In this document: in pieces, positions 35,237 to 47,104 of the stretch
Numbering within the stretch: the stretch's first letter is position 1
Layout: each line of letters begins with the position of its first letter
Assembly: GCF_020085105.1 (NCBI RefSeq)
Contig: NC_058054.1
Span: 6,867,595 to 6,931,594, forward strand
Source: Siniperca chuatsi
Taxonomy: Eukaryota
Length of the DNA stretch: 64,000 nucleotides
Direction of reading: 5' to 3'
The notes under the pieces: generated by a model
Databases searched by the model: none
Told to the model about the DNA's origin: nothing
Seen by the model: only the letters and a program-made list of their open reading frames with translations
Position numbers and translations under genes: made by a program

Positions 35237-38017
35237 GGATAGTGAGTATCAAACTTGACCGTTTTAGGAGTTTAGCGTCATGTATCAGTTCAACCAAAAA
35301 GACACTCACCTGATCAAGATACTCCCAGTCCAGACTCTTAAATCCTAAAAATAAAAAATATGACCAGTTAGTCTCCACTTGCAATACGACATACATCACT
35401 AGTATCAGAGTTGTCAAACCCATCAGTGCAGTGAAAGAATAATCATGAGGTTCAGCTGAAACACGGACTCACATGCAACTCATCATTAAGGTTTGACCAT
35501 ATAATCCAGAAGCTTTAAGTCGATTCATTATAAACAGAAAACTGGAGAAAAATAAACTATCCCTGCAGCAGGTGTAAATGCCGCCTGGCATTACACTCAG
35601 TTGCCAGTTTATAGCTACTCCCAGCCAAAACTAATGTAATCTAATACAACAATCCTGCACACTATAAGGTTTTAATGTTAAGTTTGCAAACAGTGTTAAT
35701 TAAACTGTATGATCATTTGAGATTTAGTTTGTGGTGGTGCTTAAGTGTACCACATTACACAGTCCAGCGTTATTTAGCCTGCACTCATTCATATAAACGG
35801 GCTGGATAAAATAGTAGAAACACCTGTCAGTAAAGCACCTCAAGCATCAAAATCTCTAAACTTCAACAAAAACTGATTATAACTTGCATGAAAGCAGGCT
35901 TTAGTGCAGGACTGTTGCATTAGTTTTAGCTAGGTGTACATAAAACTGGCAAGAGAGTTATAATAATCCTAAAACTTACATTAGGATTAAGGCTTGTCAG
36001 TTGCACACGTAACGTTAAGTTAATTTAGTACTAAACTTTAATTTCTTCAGCACAATTCATGCATAGAAATGCATGCATGAAAGCGCTTCACATAAAATTT
36101 AATGGTTTAAAAACAGTTCATTTTGCTCCTAGTTAAGTATTTATCCTAAAAAATAATTCACGTGGGTGCAGGCTTTTAATTTAGGCTACAATTTGTCGAA
36201 TAACGAGCAACTCGGCTCATTAGCAGAGACCATGAGGTCGGTTTGGCGCTAACAAGCGGCGAGCTAACATTATAATCTGCGCGGAAATAACCGCAACTAA
36301 CGTCCACAGACATAAATAAATACATAAAGGCTGTAAAGAAGGTGATCTGGTACAAAAATGTGAACATATACCTTAAGTACAGCTTCACACGTGTTGGTGT
36401 TTGCCGCTCCGCCGCAACACAACAGACCTCTATCACCGCGACAAAGAAGAGAGGCTGTTAATGAGGCGGAGGCTCCTTTTATCTCTTTATCAAAACCACG
36501 TGTTTGTCCTCCGTCAGAAAACATGCAGCTTCCGGGTCTGCGTAGTAGGCTGTGAAAGAGCCAAAATTATAAAACATCTGATGGTGTTTGTTGCAATTAT
36601 TTAAATCACGTTATCGTGTTTATGTCTTAAGTTGTGGACCTTATTTGCTTTATTATTTGTATTTATTGTAAAGCACTTTGTAACTTTGTTTTTGAAAGGT
36701 GCTACATAAATAAAGTTGTTATTATTATTATTAATATTATAAAGCACATGGTTTAAAAAAATAATTATAAACAGCGTCGTCTCTTTAATGTATGTATAGT
36801 GATTTTATTATTGAAATTGAATATTTTTTTAACTGAAATGCATCAACAAACATACAGACATCATCCGACCAGCAGCTAAAGGTGCATTGTTAATATTATT
36901 CTAAACTAATAAATGAGTAATAAAATATATTATAAAACGGATATTCAACTATAATATTTATCATATAATACATAAAGTTAAAAAATAATTATATGATTGC
37001 TCAGAGGACTTACCACCCAACTCCTCATAATACAGTAATATTATGAGACCATAGATGAGATAATGTTGTTGTACCCTATATTCCCCTTTTTTTGTTTGTT
37101 CATTTTTGCTCTTTTATGTTTATTGTGTGTCTTGTTTGTAGTGTTTTGTTTTGTCTTTGATTATATTGGCAGCTAAATTTGATGTTAACTCCTTCATCTT
37201 GTTGCTGTTTTGTTTTTTTCCTGCCTTGAAACCAATAAACATATGTGAAAAAACATCTATCAATGCGTAGCCTATGAGAAGATTACCCATTAAAATTATT
37301 AGATTTACACTAAAACACAAAGGTTTATTGTCACATTCAAATTTAGCCGCAATGTATATCTTCCCCCCTAATTAAAACCCAAATACATAGTTTTATTGAA
37401 CATAAATTCTTGCATATCTGTCCAAAATTTGGTTAGTACGGGACACTCAATCACTCACAATAAATGCACAACTCTTTATTACAAAATGTGTATTTATTGT
37501 CGATAAAAAATATAAAACGTTACATTTTGTAGTCATACTAGATTTATCACTTATTTGCTCTGTATGGTTTAGCAAACCAGTTAATGGTTCCAGCACTCCT
37601 GGAGCTACAGGAAGGATCCGAGCTAATTAAAAATGATCAATAATCTCACCAGATGGTATCCATTGCCTTGTCCTCACTTATTGGTATGAACTGTTTAAGT
37701 GAAACTTTAGAAATTAGCTTATTTAGCTGATTCACCACATTAACACACTTTGCTTTAGTCATTAAATATTAATAAATAAATGTATAGATAATCAGCTGTG
37801 TTTAAATAAACCCGAGAGTGAATCCACCTGTTCTTTTAAACCCCTCCCCCCGGTGCTGTTTTAAACTACAAAATGACGTGTATGCTTGGCTACGGAAGTG
37901 TTATGGGACCAAAAAGGCTGAAACACTGACTCCACTCTCAGAGTGGTACAGTTATAAAGAAACGGTGAAACCTGCAGCGACGTTCAGCTGTTTAATCCAA
38001 CATTGGACGGCAATTTA

Positions 38018-38039
38018 ATGACCATGAGAGTTTTAATAG
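38018..38039 (+). CDS. sdr39u1: sdr39u1 exon 1: MTMRVLI(G). The second Met at 38024 may be the true start.
   Basis: atgaccatgagagttttaatag|gtatgt donor. Confidence 0.7.
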
Positions 38040-40764
38040 GTATGTACGTTATTTAAGAATTATATCTTTTTCAAAAGTCGCTCGGAAAGGTCAATGTGAC
38101 ATAACGCTACCAGCTAGCTGTTAGCTAATGGCATCAATCAAGTGTATGTACCAGTAAGTTACGTGTGTATTTTGTTCGTCCAGAATATTACAGTGAACAG
38201 CGTGCCAGCTGTGTGATTAAACTTAGAAAACTGTCGTTGTGTTTTTTATTTAATAATGTTATCCAAAGCTAAGTTTGCTAAAGTGATGCCAAAAGTCCTG
38301 TTTTGTAAGCATGTATAGTACGCATGCGCACCGGTCTTACTAGCTTGGGCTTTTAGTGTGACAACCATAAAGTCTATGCTGACAAGTGACTGCATCCAAT
38401 ACATTGTGTATGCAAGTATCCATATTATATATTAGTAAAATTAGGATAAATATAACCTAAACTGTCTTTTCTCTCATTTATTGCAACTTGTAACTGATTC
38501 TGTGTGCATCTTTGGTTCTTCTGTTTGTATTGGCATTTCTCTATATTGTCTTCCTTGTAGGAGGGGGATCTGGCTTTGTGGGCCGTGAGTTGACTCGCCT
38601 GCTCAGAGACAAAGGTCATGAGGTCACAGTGATATCTCGCCAGCCTGGTCCAGGAAAGATAACTTGGGTATGATCTCAGGTTAATTCAGACTTGTAGTCA
38701 AACAGTAGGGACCAAGCTCATTTCTCATCTTGTGGAACTCCTGATTCATCACAGCGACTTTTACGTTCTAATGTCTATCGAATCGCATGACTTTCCCCTT
38801 CTTGCTGCATTGCAGATCACTGTACTTGTCTCCAAATCCAGAGTAATTTATATACTCTTGTGCTTTTTTTAATTCCCTCTGTGCTTCTGCAGGGTGAGTT
38901 GGAGTCTAGTGGCCTCCCACCATGTGAGGGCGCTGTCAACTTGGCTGGAGAGAATCTGATGAACCCACTAAGATGGTGAGCAATAAACAAATAGAACCTG
39001 GGTGACAACTTCATACAGCCACACTCTTTCGTCCAGTAGCTAATGCACTAAATAGTCAAAAGACTGTGGACATTCTTGTTCACAACTGTGGCCTGGGTCT
39101 GAGGATTTTCATGGCTAGTTTTTCTTGCCGCAGTTTGGGGAAGGTCCTTCCCTGTTTCAGCATGACAGTGCCCCCCTGCACAAAACCAGGTCCGTAAAGA
39201 AAAGGTTTTCTGAATTTAGTGTGGAAGAACTTGACTGGCCTGCAGAGAGCACTGACCTCAACCCCATCCAACACCTTTGGGATGCATTGGAACTCTTACT
39301 GCGAGCCAGACCCTATCACCCAACATCAGCGGCTGACTTTTTATGCTCTTGTGGCTGAATGGAAGCAAATCACTGCAGTCAGGATTCAAAATCTGGTGTA
39401 AAGACTTCCCAGGAGAGTGGTGGCTGTCATAGCAGCAGATTAATGTCTATAGTTTTGGAATGAGATGTTTAACAATCACATGTGGCTGTGATGTTCAGGT
39501 GTCCATACTTTTGGCCATGTAGTTTATTTGGCCTGCTCAGTTGTAGCTTTGAATTAATTGAATTTAAGTTTCAATTGATCAACTAAAAATTATTATATAA
39601 TGGGCACTTAATTCTGCAATTTCTGTATAGAATGAGTATTGCTGTGGATGCTTTGCCAGCTGTTTTTAATGTAGCTGGATCTGTTTTTATTTGTGGTTTC
39701 AGGTGGAATGAAAGCTATAAAAAGGATTTGTTCTCCAGTCGTATCGACACTACAAAAACTCTGGCTCAAGCCATTGCTGCTTCCCCCAGTCCTCCTCACT
39801 CCTGGGTCCTGGTATCAGGTATAGGTAAGTCTCTTCCTAATAATAAAACTTGACATCCTGATTTGCTGCTAGTAGCAAGTCAGACCAGACAAATAATATA
39901 GATATAGTGACATCTGTTGTATATTTCTTACTTTGCTTTTTGTCCCACAGCTTGTTACAAACCCTGTCTGACAGCTCAGTATACAGAAGACAGTGAATGG
40001 ACACCATTTGACCTCTTATCCAAACTTGTAAAAGAGTGGGAGGCCTCTGCACTTCTTCCTGAGAATGTGGCAAAAACCACCAAACAAGTCGTCATCAGGC
40101 CTGGTACGTACAAAAGTGCTTATTTCACTTTAAGTTACTGTAGAAATTCCTGGCAGTTTAATGCTCAGCAACCATCTATTGCAGCATCAGTAAGTTGCAC
40201 ATAGAGCTCTTGGGTTTTTTCATGTTTTGCACAAAAGGACAATAGTTGATGCATTGTTTGTTATTTGAGTCTACTTTACATTGTGATCCTAAGCATTTTG
40301 TGGTGGTTAACATCCATTCCTCCCTCCCTCCACCAGGGGTAGTATTGGGCCGCGATGGTGGTGCCATGAAGCAAATGCTGCTGCCCTTCTGGCTCGGCCT
40401 CGGGGGCACTCTGGGGTCAGGAAGACAGCCGTTTCCCTGGATCCACGTCTCGGACCTGGCAGGAATCATCGCCCACGCCCTGGAGCCCCCTGCTGACACT
40501 CCCTCCCCTTCACCACAAGTGTTCAACGGCGTCGCACCTGCACTGAACACCAACTACGAGTTCACTAAAGAACTGGGCCGGGTCCTGAGGAGGCCCACCA
40601 TTTTTCCTGTGCCTGGCTTCGTCATTAACACCCTAATGGGCTCTGAGAGGGCCATGGTCCTCACGCAGGGCCAGAAAGTCATACCAAAGAGAACTCAAGA
40701 GGCCGGATTTCAGTACAAGTACCCGGACTTGACCTCAGCCCTGAAAGAGATTGTTGGGCGTTAA
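38018..40764 (+). CDS. sdr39u1: sdr39u1 (epimerase-family short-chain dehydrogenase/reductase 39U member 1). Gene-level span of a 6-exon CDS totalling 915 nt.
   Basis: MTMRVLIGGGSGFVGRELTRLL matches the Rossmann GGGxGFxG fold. Aligns along its length with human SDR39U1 (MRVLVGGGTGFIGTALTQLL; AVNLAGENILNPLRRWNE; WVLVTGVAYYQPSLTAEYDEDS; GVVLGRGGGAMGHMLLPFRLGLGG; FPWIHIGDLAGILTHALE; QKVIPQRTLATGYQYSFPEL). Confidence 0.9.
38561..38667 (+). CDS. sdr39u1: sdr39u1 exon 2: GGSGFVGRELTRLLRDKGHEVTVISRQPGPGKITW.
   Basis: Acceptor ttccttgtag, donor TGG|gtatga. Confidence 0.85.
38893..38975 (+). CDS. sdr39u1: sdr39u1 exon 3: GELESSGLPPCEGAVNLAGENLMNPLR(W).
   Basis: Acceptor ttctgcag, donor TG|gtgagc. 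Confidence 0.85.
39703..39824 (+). CDS. sdr39u1: sdr39u1 exon 4: WNESYKKDLFSSRIDTTKTLAQAIAASPSPPHSWVLVSGI.
   Basis: Acceptor ggtttcag, donor G|gtaagt. Confidence 0.85.
39951..40103 (+). CDS. sdr39u1: sdr39u1 exon 5: ACYKPCLTAQYTEDSEWTPFDLLSKLVKEWEASALLPENVAKTTKQVVIRP.
   Basis: Acceptor gtcccacag, donor G|gtacgt. Confidence 0.85.
40337..40764 (+). CDS. sdr39u1: sdr39u1 exon 6 (last): GVVLGRDGGAMKQMLLPFWLGLGGTLGSGRQPFPWIHVSDLAGIIAHALE...KVIPKRTQEAGFQYKYPDLTSALKEIVGR*.
   Basis: ORF track 40246..40764. Acceptor ccaccag. Stop TAA at 40762. Confidence 0.9.
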
Positions 40765-41176
40765 CAGATGAATGTGAGCTGAATTAAGATTTTCTGTAAT
40801 TCTGTGTTCATATTTACTGGATTACAAGAATATAAACAAATATGACGGCTCAACTTTAACAAGAACTCAGGATCACAAATGGGTGATGGCATCCTTGCAT
40901 ATATTAAGATGCACTGGGATCTGATTGTTCAAACTGGATTGCTCAACATTTAGAGTTGGTCAGGGAGACATTGAAGAACTACATAGCATGATAAAACTGC
41001 TTATGCAAATCGAATGGGATACAATTTCGAAGTCCATATCGCGATAGTCCACTTCTCTTGCTGTATGTAACATCACAGATCTGTATTTTGTCCTGTTCAG
41101 CAGAATCTGCCCTTTTCTTTCACATAAAGGACTCACGTGCCAAGTTTGAATAGCAGTCTGGATAATCTGGGGCAGT

Positions 41177-41545
41177 AGGGCTGCAACTAAAGGTTATTTT
41201 CATTATCGATTTAATCTGATTATTTTCTTGATTTAATCTATAAAACACCAGAGAACAGTTAAAAAAAAAAAATGTTCATCACAGTTTCCTAGAGCCCAAG
41301 GTGATGACATCAAATGTCTTGTTTTGTCTGACCAACATCGAAAATCTAAAGAGAATCAATTTACTGTAATGTAAGACAAGGAAAAGCAGAGAATTCTCAC
41401 ATTTGAGAACCTGGAACCATTAAATATATGGTAATTTTGCTTGAAAAGTGACTTAAACATTTATCCAAATAGTTGCCTATAAATTTTCTGTCAATCCACT
41501 ACTTGACTAAATGTTGCAGCTCAGCTGGGCACTAGAGAAAAGGTC
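41177..41545. mobile_element. Near full-length copy of the 'gggctgcaactaa' MITE family, in the sdr39u1 3' flank.
   Basis: agggctgcaactaaaggttattttcattatcgatttaatctgattattttcttgatttaatc...agagcccaaggtgatgacatcaaatgtcttgttttgtc. Confidence 0.7.
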
Positions 41546-42872
41546 TGAACAGGGCTTTATAGGTCTTAGTGCTCTTCTTCATTTTGTTTCCCTTAAGCAT
41601 TTATTCTTGCTGACAAAAGGGTGCGGTATTTTCTAAAAGATGCATACAAAATCTGCTTTCCTTCATTCCTCTTTGATCAGCAGACCCACTACAGTGTAAT
41701 CATCCTTTTACGATCAGTGGTTCTTTTGGATTTTGGGATTCTTTCAGTAAAGGCATGTAATTTATCCAGATAGTCTCTGAATTTTAACAGAAACATACAG
41801 GAGGAATTGCAGCATGCTTGTTACAAGAAATTGACTATATTTTGATGAAGGTGGTGCACAATAAAGGTGGGTAAAGTACAGTAAGACTTGGTTATGACTT
41901 TTTATTGAAGTAATCAGAGGTTGTCAAATGAGTCAGTATTTTAACAATTCCAGTAAGGAAACACAAAGAAACTAAAATCTGAGTCCTTGGACAGCAGTCT
42001 TATCTTGGTTTTAGTGCGTTTCCATTGTTATAAAAGTCTAAAGAATGCGCGTCTTCCTCGCTGAATCATCATTCTGAATCACTCTTTCTGAATGATGGGC
42101 AGTTGATCTCCCCAGTCGCTGCTCCGAGCACAGCGGTACACATCTCTGATTAAAGGAAATTTAAAAAACAGTTTTCAGTCTAATGACACTGGGAAGCCAT
42201 GATCAGAGAATGTAAACGGCGGATAACCAATGAGCTTAATTCAGTGTCCAATAAAAGCAGCATACCACTGTCATGACCCAAAGGGCTGGGCATCAATACT
42301 TTCATCAATATTTTGGTACAGAATCAGAAATGTGTCTGTGGCACCATGTATTGAAGTGCCAAATACCAAAAGCTGGCATTGAATGTCTGGTTGATTTGTA
42401 CTCTTGTTTACTCTGATCAGATAGAATTTCTGAATTAAATCAAAATAAGAATTTTTGTACATTAATCTGATAATACCTCTAATAATAAATACTGCATATG
42501 TGTATCATAGACAGGGTATGAAACACCTGCCATTTGCTGGTAAAATCTGCCATCAAGTTTACGAAGTTTTGAAATGCTCACTTACAGTCAGCATTTGATG
42601 CCTTTTCTCAGGCATAGCTTCAAATGCTTTCCTGTCGTTTGAATGATATTTGCATTTCATGATGAATTATAAAGTTTAAAAGAAAAGGTAAACATGGTAC
42701 TAAAACAGGCCGTGTGGTATTTCTCTATGAAAAATGCACGCTCGTCATTGTTGGAGGAATTATTGGCAGGTAAGTTGTTTTTAGTTTAGGGACTTTATGA
42801 AAAAATGGGTTGGGAGGGGGAATGAATCTAATTATTAAAAAGCAAGACCCTCCCTTGTATTATTTATATATT

Positions 42873-43023
42873 TTAGACCCTCCCCTTGATTTGGCAGACA
42901 TAAGAAAATGGTGCAAAAAAACACACACAGAAATCCAGCCGCTCCCTGCAGCTGCTAAACAGACTGTTATTCGTCTCTGAATGAGTGAAAATAAAGCCCT
43001 GATACAGAGACAGGATAGCTTTC
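42873..43023 (-). CDS. mettl17: mettl17 exon 13 (last): (R)[49 protein letters not shown].
   Basis: ORF track 42873..43067 minus. Acceptor gccgag. Weak conservation, as expected for the C-terminus. Confidence 0.55.
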
Positions 43024-46000
43024 CTCGGCATGTAGCCAAACTCACTTTTCTGACTTTTTTTAAACAATAAATATTACAAGTGAAGAATGAAATAAAATAA
43101 AAAAATCTGGGATGAGAAAAAAGGGTGTTAAAACATCCTGCCCTGCTCTCCCAGAAATTTCAGACTACCCTCCCTTAAACAAAAAGAAGATCCCAAAGAT
43201 TAGTAAACTGATGATGCTGCAGACGCGTTTGACAGTATGTGGGATGCAGGACCTTTACCTGCTGTGTTTTCGTGCTGTTACCACCAGGTGTTGTAGTTTT
43301 CCATCAGGGCAGCACATTCGGCAGTGGACGTGTCTTGTTCTGCGCTGCACCGGTGCGATCAGCCTGGCCCAGTCCACGCCTTCTGTTTCTGTCTCCGCTG
43401 GTTCTGTCCGAGTCAGAATCAAGTAGCTGAACTTCTCCGTCTGCCGGTCATTGTGCTGAGAAAAATAAATAAATAAGTGGAATCTATCTTTGCTTTGACT
43501 GCCTGTTTTTAAGTAGAAATCAATAACATTTTCATAGAATTAGTTAAAATTTTTGCTACCTTCTGTCTGTCACACTGTTGAGATTAAACTTCCCATCACC
43601 TGTCCTTTTCACCTCATGCAGTACTTATTGTTAGTGATTATTAGACAATTTTACAAAAAGTTCAAAAGCATGAGGAAGGAGGTCATGTTATAATCCTAAA
43701 TCAAGTTTAACAAAGCAACAAACTGACTGATTTGACTCAAAAATATTAATTCAAGCTCCACTTATGAGCTTTTTCAGAAGCTTATATCAGTTGAAAGTTA
43801 GGTAAAAAGCTTGTAAATGAACCTTGAGGTTTTTTTTTTTTGGTCAAACTACTATTTCTGAGGTCAAGAATGAACTTTCATGCTTAACTAACTGGTGTTT
43901 GAAGAACGCAATCCAGAGTTTAATCTTACCCCGGGCAGAGGCAGAGGTTGGTACAGCTGCTGGAAGTTGCAGGGTGTGGTGGGCTCAACGGCCAGTTTAG
44001 GACACATCAGTTCATGAGGACACTGGAAAAACAAAACAATAGAGAGAAGATGCAAGAGGACTGTGACACTGCTGGTTGAAAGTGTGGCACGATATTTTAA
44101 ACCAGCTGGGATTTAAAACGTACCGGAGCAAACACCGACGCTGGTCTGGTGTCATGGACTGTCTTCTCTTGTTTCTGGAGATAGAGAACTGTAAGTCATC
44201 AATCTGCTTCCATTAACAAATAATTAACAAAACAAAAGTGCTATATTATTATTACTATATTTGAATACATTCAGTAAAGTGTCTCTGGCCTCCATAAGCA
44301 TCTGATGGCCCTCTTTGGTCCCATTTTCCACCAGCACCTATACCAAAAAAATGTAAAAAACATAATCAAATGTCATTAAATAAGATAGGACTTATAGGTA
44401 GCAGAATAGTTTTAAAGACAAGTTGCAATTTATACCCAAAATGTGTCAAATCTAGTATATATTCACTAAAGGTGCAAGGACAACAAAAGTAAATCAGCTA
44501 TAGGTGAAGTTTTGTCGTTATTTCAACCAACCAGGTACGAGCTTGTCTTTCTCCACAGAGTGAGCACTGCCTCTTCTCGCTCCTTCCCATTTGGAAGCTC
44601 TGACAGGGTGAAGGCGGCGACCACCAAATCGAACTGCACCTGAAAGGAGAAGCACAGGACGGTCAGGGCTCCTCATCCTTGAGATGTATGTGAAGCTGCT
44701 GCATCAATTCAAAAAAGTACCAAGCACAAAACTAAATGTGAAAGAGGGAATCCTAAAGATGTTTCTCAACAGTGTGAGTAGCACTTGTAGTCCTGGACTT
44801 TTCTCTTTATGAAGTTTTGTATTTCTTTTCTTTTGTGTCGCAGTTTAGTCACGGAGGCCAACCCTGCTCATACTACCTACCCGGTTCTTCTTCTATTTAT
44901 TGAAAAGATATTTTTTTAATGCTTTTGGAAGCATAAAAAACAAACTGTTGGAGTGAAGGTTTTTGTTAACAAAGATTGCTACTGCATTATTAGCAACAGA
45001 CAGAAACAAAAACACATTTTCCTGAGACGTGGCTTTCGATATACAGTTTTTATGGCCAATCCAACTGCGATTATCATATATATTACTTAAATACATCTGG
45101 GTAATACTGGTTGCAGTTAAACTATTCATGCATGATGATGTGATCATTGGGGAAAAAATGAATCTTTTCACATCTGACATTAATGCAAGAAATGTCTCTT
45201 TTTTGTTGCATATACAGCAAAACTCTGAGTTTGAATCTTTGTTTGGAACTCAAAATTGAAGGCTAGAATATATTTTTTGAAGAAAATTTAACTTTCTAAC
45301 ACTGAATACAGAATGTGTTTTTGCTGAAATAAAAAAATTCAGGGGGGGGGGTTACCTTTGGAGAGACCGGGAGGAACTGTCTGAAATAGACTTGTTTGAT
45401 GTGAGGTTCAGCTCTTTCGTCATCACCTGCTCAACAAAAAAACAAAACAAACAACGCTTAGATTTTCTGATCAAGTATTTGACAAAAGCCCAAACAAAAA
45501 TGTTACAAATCAAAACTGATGGAAGTGTTTGTGCGTGCACCTTTGAGAAGTCGCTCTGCCAGAATGTTCATCGGCCCGGAGCTGTCCACACAGACCATCT
45601 CCTTCAAAGTGTCGCCCCAGCACGAGTGTGACGCCCTGTGGGAGAAGGAGAGAGACTCAGTTCTTACAGTAGTCTTGTAATTTACATGAAAACTCTCTTT
45701 ATGTTGCACCAGTGTTTTACACTAACCAGGCAACAGTTCCCAGCCCTGAACCAAAATCGAGGAGAGACTGTGGGGCAAAAGAGGGATCCCTCTTCTTTAT
45801 CTGAAATGATAAAACAGTCATTTAGGACAGACCCCCTAACACATCCAGGGGTCATAATCCTCAGTAATAAGGACATTTTGTTGGTAATGTTTTCATGCTT
45901 TACCACTATAAGTATACAAACGTGTTTTTTTGTGATCTGGGTAAACTGACTCTTTAATGATAGCCCTGGTGAGTTAGCTTATGATCTCCATCATCTTCAT

Positions 46001-47101
46001 TACCTCATTTATAGCTCTCCTCACTGCTGCGTAGCCCCCAGCCAGCCGAGCCGCCATGTACACCACACCTAACTCTTCATCATACCTGAAACACAGAGAG
46101 TGAGCTGTATATAAACGCATCTACATCTCAAAACCAAGCAGGACAAAATCACGAGTGAAGAGAGGGTTAAAAAAAAACAACCTGTCGCTCCACCTCTGCC
46201 TTTGTTCAGAGTCTGATATACTAACATAATAAGTGTCTGAACTTTACATACAGCTAGTGTCAGCATGAAAAGTGAAAATGAGCTGCCAATGTACTTACCT
46301 TATAACAGGTTTAAAATGTTAAATAATGGTCAGCACTGGCACAAATCAGACTTGTATCTTGTCTTAAGGTGGGTAAAGAATGCTCTGTCTCCATTAGAAA
46401 GTAGTCACATTAATTGAGATTGTTTGTGTACACACTTATACTTTTAAAACTCCAGTAAATTCATGGATAGTATCCTTATATAAAAGAACAGATAAAAGCA
46501 AGTGTTACTTCATGGGAGTCCAGTGATATGTGGTTCTTCGGAGCTCTGAAAACACTTTCTTCCTGATGCGGTCTTCCAGCGCTTGTTCATCTATATCTGC
46601 AATATAAAGCACATTTACTTTTCTCTGGCTGCTGCATCATATAATCTGTATGCAGTTATTATACATCCATTATTATTTTATGATTCGTGTGTCACCCACC
46701 TCCTCTCTTCTCCATCGCTTTCTCCCAAAGTTGTTTCTCCAGGCTCACAGCTTTCTGCCTCAGAGTGAAATCGTCGACTGCTCGTTTTCTGCTCCACAGG
46801 AAGTTTGTGAGGCTATGAGTGCGGTCAGTCAGCCGGGTCACCTGAGCTCCTACAGGTGGAGAGATCGAAGAGTCGCATGGCATTTTGACTCATTTCAGGA
46901 CCAGTGAAGCTACAGAAACATTTGGCGTACCAACTGATAGCCACATTCATAACTTAACCTACTGTGAATAATCGACCGTGCAGCCGTCTGCAGTTCCTCA
47001 GGAAGGCGCAGAGTTTTCAGGTTGGTCACACCTGGGTGCTTCCTGTGTACTTCTCCCTTTAGGAAATCTACCTGGGACTGTGGGTGTGCAGCTGCACTCA
47101 T
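42873..47101 (-). CDS. mettl17: mettl17 (methyltransferase-like 17, mitochondrial; Rsm22 family). Gene-level span. The model has 13 exons starting from the ATG at 47101 and totals 1395 nt (464 aa).
   Basis: The exon translations align with human METTL17: [19 protein letters not shown] / HRQHPGILKLPHVRLPQAL; [19 protein letters not shown] / VQTLTSYLWSRH; RRTTYHW / RKTTYHW; [15 protein letters not shown] / LVYMAARLDGGFAAV; [13 protein letters not shown] / LMDFGSGTGSVTW; [18 protein letters not shown] / YMCVDSSAAMLDLAEKLL; [28 protein letters not shown] / [28 protein letters not shown]; [12 protein letters not shown]; FAPCPHEL; [26 protein letters not shown] / [26 protein letters not shown]. Phases are consistent and the length is divisible by 3. 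Confidence 0.85.
43259..43455 (-). CDS. mettl17: mettl17 exon 12: [65 protein letters not shown].
   Basis: Acceptor ttttctcag, donor AG|gtaaag. Conserved Cys/His cluster. Confidence 0.85.
43930..44022 (-). CDS. mettl17: mettl17 exon 11: [31 protein letters not shown].
   Basis: Acceptor ttttccag, donor GGG|gtaaga. Confidence 0.8.
44124..44188 (-). CDS. mettl17: mettl17 exon 10: (I)[21 protein letters not shown].
   Basis: Acceptor cttacag, donor CCG|gtacgt. Confidence 0.75.
44256..44337 (-). CDS. mettl17: mettl17 exon 9: [27 protein letters not shown].
   Basis: Acceptor ggtatag, donor A|gtaata. Confidence 0.75.
44532..44639 (-). CDS. mettl17: mettl17 exon 8: [36 protein letters not shown].
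   Basis: Acceptor cctttcag, donor CTG|gttggt. Confidence 0.85.
45342..45351. repeat. G10 homopolymer (C10 on the mettl17 strand) in a mettl17 intron, abutting the exon 7 donor.
   Basis: agggggggggg. Confidence 0.9.
45356..45426 (-). CDS. mettl17: mettl17 exon 7: (G)[23 protein letters not shown].
   Basis: Acceptor gttgagcag, donor AAG|gtaacc. Confidence 0.85.
45541..45635 (-). CDS. mettl17: mettl17 exon 6: [31 protein letters not shown].
   Basis: ORF track 45503..45709 minus. Acceptor tcccacag, donor G|gtgcac. Confidence 0.85.
45727..45800 (-). CDS. mettl17: mettl17 exon 5: [24 protein letters not shown](W).
   Basis: Acceptor catttcag, donor TG|gttagt. Contains the SAM-binding motif I region DFGSG. 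Confidence 0.8.
46004..46085 (-). CDS. mettl17: mettl17 exon 4: (K)[27 protein letters not shown].
   Basis: Acceptor gtgtttcag, donor GAG|gtaatg. Confidence 0.85.
46509..46596 (-). CDS. mettl17: mettl17 exon 3: (D)[28 protein letters not shown].
   Basis: Acceptor tattgcag, donor AA|gtaaca. Confidence 0.8.
46700..46849 (-). CDS. mettl17: mettl17 exon 2: (R)[48 protein letters not shown].
   Basis: ORF track 46692..46883 minus. Acceptor cctgtag, donor G|gtgggt. Confidence 0.8.
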
Positions 47102-47104
47102 TCC
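46963..47104 (-). CDS. mettl17: mettl17 exon 1 of the model (ATG at 47101): [46 protein letters not shown].
   Basis: ORF track 46910..47125 minus. Acceptor tatcctcag immediately upstream. Donor A|gtaggt. Confidence 0.7.

Noticed and set aside
40176-40553. 125-aa minus-strand ORF.
   Set aside because: Antisense to the conserved last exon of sdr39u1.
43112-43430. Two plus-strand ORFs (104 and 63 aa).
   Set aside because: Antisense or alternative frames of mettl17 exon 12.
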